Position numbers and translations under genes: made by a program. The notes beneath the pieces are model-generated. The model was not told where the DNA came from. It ran no database searches and saw nothing but the letters and a program-made list of their open reading frames with translations. 64,000 nucleotides of DNA, taken from contig CAYYLC010000001.1 of the NCBI GenBank assembly GCA_964472415.1, forward strand, positions 3,269 to 67,268, written 5' to 3'. Below are positions 56,903 to 64,000 of the stretch, piece after piece. The DNA is from an uncultured Gammaproteobacteria bacterium (GTDB lineage Bacteria > Patescibacteriota > Microgenomatia > Levybacterales > GWA1-39-11). Position 1 is the first letter of the stretch. Each line of letters begins with the position of its first letter.

Positions 56903-58579
56903 TTATTTTGCTGCTGAATAATCTAACACCTGCTTTTTTTGATCTCCAGTTATGAAAAATTGTGAAGCGTATTCTTGAGTTACCCCTATTTTTTTCTTTG
57001 GGTTAAAAATTCCATCTGGGTCAAAAATATTTTTTATTTCAGTAAATAGTTTGTAAACTTTTTCGCCATATTGTTCTCTCAGAAATGGCGCTCTGATGAG
57101 TCCATCATTGTGCTCCCCAGACATTGAACCGCTATATTCCCAAACCAAATCAAATACTTTTTTTGATGATTTGTAGATCTTATTTCTTTCAGAAGGATCG
57201 CTCATATTCATGAGGGGAATAATATGAAAGTTCCCATTCCCTATGTGTCCTGCAATAGTGTATTGAAGATTCTCTTCGTTTAGTATTTTGTAAACTCTTG
57301 GAAAAAATTCAGTTAATCGTTTCGGATCAACTATTGTATCATCAATAAATGGAGCAGCATGTTTTCCTTGGACTCTTTGTCTTAATAAATTAAAGCTCTC
57401 ACGTCTAATTGCCCAGTATTTATTTTTAGTTAATTTATTCTTTGCAATCCTAACCTGAACAACATCTTTGTATATATTGAGGTCTTTTTTTAAAGATCTC
57501 AAATTTTGCCGAATAGTTTTTAGTGATTCGTCTTCAAATTCTACAATTAAGACTAATTTTGGCATTCCATTTTTCAAGATATAGATAAATTCGGGGAGAA
57601 ATGCTAAAAATGTGTTTAGAAGATTGCTTTTCAAGGCTTTCTTTAACCCATAAAAATATTTGAGAGCAAGTTTGAGTGTTTGATCATCATAGGATTCGAA
57701 AGAATCCGGATTGTACGCAAGGACTTTGTTTACGATGTCCGGCAATGCATTATAGTCGTTAAGATAGATTGCGAGAAGGCCTGTATGTTTCGTTTTTGGA
57801 ACGAGTTTTAGTTTTGCTTCTGTAATGATTCCTAGAGTCCCCTGTGCGCCGGTGAATAGTTTTGTCATATCAAAGCTCTCTCCATCCCAAACTTCCCAAA
57901 TATTGTACCCTGTTGAGTTTTTAGAAACTGTTGGAAGGGAGTCGTGTATGAGTTGTTGATTTTCTGTTATTAGTTTGAATACTTTTTTATAAACATCTCC
58001 CTCTGCATTATTCCGTTTCATTTTTTTCTCTAATTCATTTTTATTTATTTTTTCAAATTCATATTCATTTCCATCTTTGAGGATTACTTTTAGTTTTTGT
58101 ACATAGTCTTTTGCTTTTCCGTGTTTTAGAGATTTTTCTCCACCAGCATTGTTCGATACTATTCCACCAATTTTGCATAGCAGTTTTGAGGAAGGGTAGG
58201 GAGGGTAGAGAACGCCAAGCTTTCCGGCCTTCTTTTCAAGATCTCTGTAGAACACCCCCGGCTCTAGGGTAACTGAAGTCTTTCCAAGTGATTTAATGTT
58301 ATCCATCTTATCTAATACGATAAGAATTTCCTGAGTTAGGCTCCCACCGCTCATACATGTCCCTGCAGCTCTAACCGAAATTGAAATCTTCGGATCCTTT
58401 TTCTTATATTCTTTAACGAATTGGACAAGTTTTTCTATATCTGTTGAATTTTCAGGAAAGACTACAATTTTTGGTTTCATTTCAAACACACTAGCGTCGT
58501 GTTTGTATTTTTCCAAAACATTGCCATCGTTTGTAACCTTCCCGGGAAGGATCTTATTTAGTTCTTCAAATAAATTCAT
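56903..58579 (-). CDS. FAD-linked oxidoreductase (GlcD/D-2-hydroxyacid dehydrogenase family), paralog 1
   Basis: AGTCMSG, GAQGTLG, GHIGNGNFH, GEHNDG. Confidence 0.85.
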   Translation of the reverse strand: MNLFEELNKILPGKVTNDGNVLEKYKHDASVFEMKPKIVVFPENSTDIEKLVQFVKEYKKKDPKISISVRAAGTCMSGGSLTQEILIVLDKMDNIKSLGKTSVTLEPGVFYRDLEKKAGKLGVLYPPYPSSKLLCKIGGIVSNNAGGEKSLKHGKAKDYVQKLKVILKDGNEYEFEKINKNELEKKMKRNNAEGDVYKKVFKLITENQQLIHDSLPTVSKNSTGYNIWEVWDGESFDMTKLFTGAQGTLGIITEAKLKLVPKTKHTGLLAIYLNDYNALPDIVNKVLAYNPDSFESYDDQTLKLALKYFYGLKKALKSNLLNTFLAFLPEFIYILKNGMPKLVLIVEFEDESLKTIRQNLRSLKKDLNIYKDVVQVRIAKNKLTKNKYWAIRRESFNLLRQRVQGKHAAPFIDDTIVDPKRLTEFFPRVYKILNEENLQYTIAGHIGNGNFHIIPLMNMSDPSERNKIYKSSKKVFDLVWEYSGSMSGEHNDGLIRAPFLREQYGEKVYKLFTEIKNIFDPDGIFNPKKKIGVTQEYASQFFITGDQKKQVLDYSAAK

Positions 58580-59565
58580 TTTCGACTGATCACTTTTTTA
58601 ACTGAATTATAAATTGCGTCACTATCCATTTCATATTTTTTCAGCAGTTCTTCTGGATTTCCAGATTCTCCAAATACATCTCTCATTCCTACAAATTCCA
58701 TAGGGGCAGGGTGATTCATGGCGAGAGCTTCAGCGATTGCGCCACCAAGCCCTCCAGCAATCTGGTGGTCTTCAGCAGTGACAACCGCACCAGTTTCTTT
58801 TACTTGATTAATAATAGTTTCTGTATCGAGAGGCTTAACGGTGTGGATATTTGTGACAAGAGTGTTTATTCCTTCTTCTGAAAGTCTTTTCGCTGCAACA
58901 AGTGCATAATACGTCATATAGCCAAAAGAAAAAATAACTGCTTGAGGATTTTCTGTAATCCAAAATGTTTGTGCCTTGCCTAATTCGAACGGTGTTTCAG
59001 GCGTTGTCATGATAGGAGATTTATCCCGTGAGAATCTCAGGTAAAATGGTCCGTATTCTTTCCCGCTTGCAACAGTAGCTGATTTTCCTTGAATACTATC
59101 ACAGGGGACTATGATTTTAATCTCGGGCCATGGGCGAACTGAGGCAATATCTTCTGTTGCTTGATGCGTTGCGCCATCGGGGCCAGTCATAATCCCTGCA
59201 TGATGCCCTGCAACCTTCACATTTGAATTGTTATAGACGATAGTAGTTCTAATAGTCTCCCAATTTTTTCCTGGAGAAAATGTTGCATATGAAGATATGA
59301 AGACTGTTTTCCCAGATACTCCAAGACCTGCTGCTACAGCTGCCATGTTTTGTTCAGCAACGCCTACTTGGATAAATCTTTCAGGGTATGCCTTCGCAAA
59401 TTTATCAGCTTTTGTTGATTCAGTAAGATCTGCAGACATCGCTACGACATTCGGATCTTCCTTTCCAAGCTCTACAAGTCCTTCTCCATATCCTACTCGT
59501 GTTGAGTCTTTTTCAACATCTGTATCAAAAATTTTTGGATTTAATTTTAAATCTGGATTAAGCAT
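58576..59565 (-). CDS. Transketolase, C-terminal subunit
   Basis: GVAEQN, GPDGATHQ, TVKPLD, EDH..GGLG. Confidence 0.92.
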   Translation of the reverse strand: MLNPDLKLNPKIFDTDVEKDSTRVGYGEGLVELGKEDPNVVAMSADLTESTKADKFAKAYPERFIQVGVAEQNMAAVAAGLGVSGKTVFISSYATFSPGKNWETIRTTIVYNNSNVKVAGHHAGIMTGPDGATHQATEDIASVRPWPEIKIIVPCDSIQGKSATVASGKEYGPFYLRFSRDKSPIMTTPETPFELGKAQTFWITENPQAVIFSFGYMTYYALVAAKRLSEEGINTLVTNIHTVKPLDTETIINQVKETGAVVTAEDHQIAGGLGGAIAEALAMNHPAPMEFVGMRDVFGESGNPEELLKKYEMDSDAIYNSVKKVISRK

Positions 59566-60421
59566 GATAGTTCCTTTCTATGCTTGCTTTAATTTTCTCT
59601 AATTCTTCAAGGGCTTTTTCTGCCTCTTCTTCATTTGGCGGTTTTCCGTGCCATGTGTAATCATTTTCCATAAAGCTTACCCCTTTTCCTGGCGTGGTAT
59701 TCGCGAGAACAAAGACCGGTTTATCAGGAGACTTTTTTGCTTTCTTAATTCCGGCAATAATTTCTTCCATATTATTTCCATTTATCTCTATCACTTGCCA
59801 TCCAAAGCTGAGATATTTTTCTTTCATAGGATCAAGTGGTAACACATCTGTAGTTCGTCCATCGATTTGGATGTAGTTTCTGTCAACAATTTGGATAAGA
59901 TTATTTAATTTGTATTTGGGTGCAAGCATTGCTGCTTCCCAAGTATTTCCTTCTTGATGCTCGCCATCAGAGGTTAGGCAGTAGATATAGAAATCCTTTT
60001 TATCCATTTTTGCAGCGATAGCCATACCGATTGCTTGCGATAATCCTTCACCAAGTGGGCCAGAAGTATTTTCTATTCCGGGGAGTGCTGTTCTGTGAGG
60101 ATGACCTTGGAGGCGAGAATCCAGCTTTCGAAGAGTATCGAGTTCCTCGATAGGAAAGTATCCTGCCCGTGCGAGTGTGGCGTACAAAACTGGGCAGATA
60201 TGCCCATTTGATAAAAGAACACGATCTCGGTCTTCCCAAGTTGGATCATCTGGTTTTATATTTAGGATATGAAAATAGAGTGCAGTAAAAATGTCTGTCA
60301 TTCCGAGTGGTCCACCGGAATGGCCAGAGCCTGCTTTTACGAGTGACTTGATGATAAGGATACGAATTTCGTTTGCAACCTTTTCTAATTCGAAGATTTT
60401 TTGATCAGTCAGCGTGGGCAT
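59558..60421 (-). CDS. Transketolase, N-terminal (TPP-binding) subunit
   Basis: SGHSGG, DRDR.LLSNGH, LQGHP, SDGE.QEG. Confidence 0.93.
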   Translation of the reverse strand: MPTLTDQKIFELEKVANEIRILIIKSLVKAGSGHSGGPLGMTDIFTALYFHILNIKPDDPTWEDRDRVLLSNGHICPVLYATLARAGYFPIEELDTLRKLDSRLQGHPHRTALPGIENTSGPLGEGLSQAIGMAIAAKMDKKDFYIYCLTSDGEHQEGNTWEAAMLAPKYKLNNLIQIVDRNYIQIDGRTTDVLPLDPMKEKYLSFGWQVIEINGNNMEEIIAGIKKAKKSPDKPVFVLANTTPGKGVSFMENDYTWHGKPPNEEEAEKALEELEKIKASIERNYHA

Positions 60422-61698
60422 TATATTTTTAATACTATCATGAAATCAGCAACATTGGAAGGAAGTCTACCCGTCATGATTTGAGAATCAACTTTCGCGA
60501 AAAAATTATATGAATCATTATTTTGGAGGTATTTATCGATGCCGAGATTTTGCTCTTGCGCTTTCTGTCTTACGTCCTTGTCAGCAATTGCTCCCGCTGC
60601 GTCTGTGAAGTCCCACCCATCGCTCCCGATGGATACGAAAAATGTATTATCGTCGATAATTTTAAGGGCTTCTAAAGCTGTTTCTTGATTTCTTCCTCCT
60701 TTTCCATCTCCTTTTACTTCTACTGTTGCCTCTCCTGCTGCTATCAATAAGCCTTTTTCTGTAGCATTATTTACTAATTCTTGAGCGACTTCATGTGCGG
60801 ATCCTTGTATTCTGTCTGAATATCTTTTGCAGTCTATATTGAGCTTTTGTGCTTTCTCTTCAAGAGCGTCAAGGACTGTAAGATTGCTTAAGATTATAGT
60901 ATTAGTTACATTTTTGAAATATTTGTCATCCTTGGGGTTTTCCCTGAATGCCTCTCGTGGTAAGCCGATTTCTTCAGTGAGGTTGTATTTATTAAGGATA
61001 GCTATTGCATCATCAATGGTGTTTTCATTTTTGACAGTTGGGCCAGATGCGATGAATACCATGTCGTTTCCTATAACATCGGAGTAGATAAGTGTTGCAA
61101 CTTTTGCTGGGTACAGGATCTGAGCAAGACCTCCGCCTTTCACATCTGAAAGATGTTGGCGTACGATATTCATTTCTGTTATATCGGCACCAGATTTTAG
61201 GAGTAATTTCTCTGCATTTATTTTTTGAGCAAGAGTGATACTGTGTGGATGTTCAAACATCGCACTCCCTCCTCCACAAACTACAACAAGAACCAAATCT
61301 TTCTCAGTTAAACCTGAAAATTTATCCATAACCTCCAAGGTAAAGTCAACATTTTCTTGTGATATAACCGGGTGAGTTCCAAGGGTAAATTGAATTTTAG
61401 AGAATTTTTCTTCTGAAGTATCGATAACATATCCTTCAGTTAACCTCTCACCTAAAAGGTTCTCAAGGAGCTTTGCGTTTCCTGCAGATCCTTTCCCAAA
61501 TCCGAGAATATAAATATTTGAATATTCGTCTAGGTTGTACGTTTGATTTTGTATTGAAAGAATATTTCCATCAAGCCTTACATTTTTTTGAAAAACATTT
61601 TGTGGTTGGATTGATTCAAGTCCTGCTTCGACAAGGTCAATAATTACCTTTCTTTCAGGAGAAATATTTAATTCGTTATAGTTATTAATAATTGCCAC
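60421..61698 (-). CDS. Glycerate 2-kinase family (DUF4147/MOFRL)
   Basis: GFGKG, HP, GGGSA, SDVKGG.L, IASGPT, GGRNQE, SDG.D, SNVAD; GTG start. Confidence 0.88.
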   Translation of the reverse strand: MAIINNYNELNISPERKVIIDLVEAGLESIQPQNVFQKNVRLDGNILSIQNQTYNLDEYSNIYILGFGKGSAGNAKLLENLLGERLTEGYVIDTSEEKFSKIQFTLGTHPVISQENVDFTLEVMDKFSGLTEKDLVLVVVCGGGSAMFEHPHSITLAQKINAEKLLLKSGADITEMNIVRQHLSDVKGGGLAQILYPAKVATLIYSDVIGNDMVFIASGPTVKNENTIDDAIAILNKYNLTEEIGLPREAFRENPKDDKYFKNVTNTIILSNLTVLDALEEKAQKLNIDCKRYSDRIQGSAHEVAQELVNNATEKGLLIAAGEATVEVKGDGKGGRNQETALEALKIIDDNTFFVSIGSDGWDFTDAAGAIADKDVRQKAQEQNLGIDKYLQNNDSYNFFAKVDSQIMTGRLPSNVADFMIVLKI

Positions 61699-61863
61699 AG
61701 ATCTAGTTTAGAATATTTAACATTTATATGCAAAGTAATTGTGATATAATAGGTTTTGTACGGTAGAGAGAGCCGGATTATGCAAAATTTTAATAATTTC
61801 TGCACATATACGTATTGTTAGTTTTTAATAACTTTCGGTTTCCTTTTCCCAAAAAAATATATT

Positions 61864-63030
61864 ATGAGCGATACAGATAAAAGAGAAGATTATATTAAAA
61901 AGTTGGAGAGCATAGCGAGTCTTTCACGCGAAGAAGCAAAAAAGCTGTTGATTGCAGAAGTGGAGAAAGATACGAAGGCAGATATTGCGAAGATCATTAA
62001 AGAAACTGAGGATGAGGCGAAGGCAATTGCTCATAAAAAAGCTCAAGAGATAATTGCTGATGCAATTCGACATGGTGCACTAGATTTCCTTCCTGAATAT
62101 ACCGTTTCTGTAATTAAGCTTGAGGATGATGATATGAAGGGGAGGATTATTGGAAAAGAGGGAAGAAATATCCGTGCATTCGAAGATGTAACAGGAGTAG
62201 ATGTGGACTTAGAAGAGAAAGGGCTTATTCGCCTTTCAAGTTTTGATCCAGTAAGACGTCAAATCGCAAAGCAGGCCTTGGAGCTTCTTATGAAGGATAC
62301 GAGAATTCAGCCAGTTAGGATTGAGGAAGTCGTAGGGATGAAAAAAAAGGAGATGCAAAAAACCTTATTTGAAGAGGGAGAGCGGCTTGCTCATGAGGTT
62401 AATGCGTTTAATGTACACCCAGATCTTCTTACTACACTCGGGAGATTTAAGTTTAGGACCTCTTTCGGGCAAAATCTGCTCGTTCACACTCTTGAACTTA
62501 CAAAGATAGGTATTCAGATTGCGCATGAATTAGGAGCGGATGTGGAGACAGTTAAGCTTGGGTGTTTATTCCATGATATTGGAAAAGTCGTGACAGATAA
62601 AGAAGGTTCTCATGTAGATTTAGGAGTTGATCTTTTGAATCGCTATAAAATTCCAAAAGAAATTGTGAATTGTGTAGCAGAGCATCATGAGGATAAGCCA
62701 TTTTCATCAATAGAATCTATTATTGTGCATGTGGCAGATGCTATTTCAGGCGCCCGCCCTGGCGCTCGACACGAAGACCTTCAAGAGTATATGAAAAGGA
62801 TTCGAGATATGGAAGATATTGCAAAGAACTTCAAAGGTGTAGAGGATGCATATGCATTTGAGGCTGGGCGCGAAATTCGTGTGATTGTAAATCCCGGGAA
62901 GCTTGATGATGTGGAAACAACAATTCTTGCAAAACGCATTAAAGATGAGGTAGATAGAAAGGTTATCGTTCCGGGAGTGGTCAGAGTAACAGCTATTCGA
63001 GATTTTAGGGTAACCGAGCCAAAAGAATAA
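61864..63030 (+). CDS. rny: Ribonuclease Y lacking the N-terminal membrane anchor
   Basis: KGRIIGKEGRNIR (KH), FHDIGK (HD), ADAISGARPGAR, AGREIRV. Confidence 0.95.
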   Translation: MSDTDKREDYIKKLESIASLSREEAKKLLIAEVEKDTKADIAKIIKETEDEAKAIAHKKAQEIIADAIRHGALDFLPEYTVSVIKLEDDDMKGRIIGKEGRNIRAFEDVTGVDVDLEEKGLIRLSSFDPVRRQIAKQALELLMKDTRIQPVRIEEVVGMKKKEMQKTLFEEGERLAHEVNAFNVHPDLLTTLGRFKFRTSFGQNLLVHTLELTKIGIQIAHELGADVETVKLGCLFHDIGKVVTDKEGSHVDLGVDLLNRYKIPKEIVNCVAEHHEDKPFSSIESIIVHVADAISGARPGARHEDLQEYMKRIRDMEDIAKNFKGVEDAYAFEAGREIRVIVNPGKLDDVETTILAKRIKDEVDRKVIVPGVVRVTAIRDFRVTEPKE

Positions 63031-63057
63031 TTTTTCCCCCAGAACATTTTACTCCTA

Positions 63058-63127
63058 TTGACAAAAAAATTTGCAGAATGTATTGTTGAATCAACATAAA
63101 TATTGTTTGAAAGGGAGGTGAAGTGCA
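63058..63127 (+). promoter_or_regulatory. HU promoter and strong SD
   Basis: TTGACA(63058)-17-TATTGT; GGAGGTGA before the TTG start. Confidence 0.7.
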
Positions 63128-63409
63128 TTGTCAGTTACAAAGAAAGAACTCATAGAACTTGTCGCTAAGAAAGGAAATCTCACTAATAAAGCTGCAAAGC
63201 AATCGGTGAAAGTTTTTTTGGATGGAATTCGAGATAGTTTAAAAAGAGGTGAGAAAGTGGTGATTACAGGATTTGGTACATTTAGCGTGAGAACAAGAAG
63301 AGAGCGAAAAGGAAGAAATCCCAAAACCGGAGAAGCAATAAAAATTGGCGCACGGAAAGCCCCTGGATTCACTGCTGGTAAGAGTTTAAAAAAGGCAGTA
63401 AAGGGTTGA
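63128..63409 (+). CDS. hup: HU family DNA-binding protein
   Basis: GFGTF, RKGRNPKTGE, F.AGK.LK. Confidence 0.96.
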   Translation: MSVTKKELIELVAKKGNLTNKAAKQSVKVFLDGIRDSLKRGEKVVITGFGTFSVRTRRERKGRNPKTGEAIKIGARKAPGFTAGKSLKKAVKG

Positions 63410-63442
63410 TTGCAACATTAAAAATTGAGAAAATCTGCCTAT

Positions 63443-64000
63443 ATGAAAAAGGTAGTAGTTATTGTTGGTCCTACAGCAGTTGGGAAGACTGATTTCGCTT
63501 TTGAAATTGCAAAAGCGAAGAATGGTGCCCTCGTAAGTGCTGACGCTGTGCAGGTATTTAAGACACTTGATATTATTTCTGGGAAAGATATAGATATCTC
63601 AATAGCCCAGAAAAAGACTTCTTATAATTTAGAGTATTATAGTATTGATGATATTGATGTATATCTTCTGGATTTAGTGGATCCGACTAATTCATTTTCA
63701 GTTTCTCAGTTCCAAGATTTCGGTAATCGAGCTCTTCACCACATTATTCGAGAAAATAAATTGCCCATTATTGTGGGTGGGACAGGATTGTATATAAAGT
63801 CTCTTGTGGATGGAATAGAGACCGCCTCTGTCCAGCCAGATTTCAAACTGCGGGAAAAATTACACAGTCTAGAGTTAGAGGAAATACAAAACATGCTTCG
63901 AAAATTAGATAGTAGCATCTTTGAGTCTATGAATGAATCAGATAAAAAAAATAAGAGGCGACTAGTACGAAAAATGGAAATTATTCAATCAGGGCAGAGA
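63443..64000 (+). CDS. miaA: tRNA dimethylallyltransferase, runs off the right edge
   Basis: MKKVVVIVGPTAVGKT, SADAVQVF..LDIISGK, IVGGTGLYI. Confidence 0.93.
   Translation, partial: MKKVVVIVGPTAVGKTDFAFEIAKAKNGALVSADAVQVFKTLDIISGKDIDISIAQKKTSYNLEYYSIDDIDVYLLDLVDPTNSFSVSQFQDFGNRALHHIIRENKLPIIVGGTGLYIKSLVDGIETASVQPDFKLREKLHSLELEEIQNMLRKLDSSIFESMNESDKKNKRRLVRKMEIIQSGQR

Noticed and set aside
61801-61812. GCACATATACG in the rny leader as another boxA
   Set aside because: It lacks the conserved TT core, an upstream hairpin and a downstream SD.
571-63918. Many 60-150 aa ORFs antisense to or nested in conserved genes (e.g. 6039-6488, 34081-34497, 51731-52135, 63091-63372)
   Set aside because: They are shadow frames of well-supported genes, with no motifs or initiation signals.
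1-64000. CRISPR arrays, transposases, prophage genes, introns and genetic-code reassignment
   Set aside because: No regularly spaced repeats or mobile-element motifs were seen; conserved genes are uninterrupted, and TAA, TAG and TGA all act as stops.

Overview
AT-rich bacterial chromosome segment using genetic code 11. Gene content suggests a Patescibacteria/CPR genome, probably Microgenomates-like; this is an inference from the missing rpmD, N-truncated L2, anchorless RNase Y and mostly SD-less ATG starts. In order, the window holds pepP (partial), guaBA, fusA detached from both rpsG and tuf, an ATP-citrate lyase aclBA-murB operon, repair and envelope genes, and a 12.6-kb minus-strand glycan island (epimerase, GtrA, UbiA, GT-C, processive GT2, a 1652-aa PA14/PQQ-dehydrogenase/PKD protein, GH113-like). 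These are followed by a lexA/umuD-umuC cassette with an SOS box, tuf, the S10-spc-alpha ribosomal cluster (rpmJ moved between rplX and rplE), recX-recA, tRNA-Pro(GGG), a glycerate kinase-transketolase-two FAD oxidoreductase operon, rny, HU and miaA (partial). The main unexplained signal is a shared leader on four accessory transcription units: sigma70 promoter, long hairpin, Nus boxA-like motif, SD, then a GTG/TTG start. A fifth boxA-like motif lies inside a possible antiterminator/terminator switch upstream of rpsJ (S10/NusE). Many core genes instead appear leaderless or have short SD-less leaders. All calls come from manual reading; no searches or folding programs were run.
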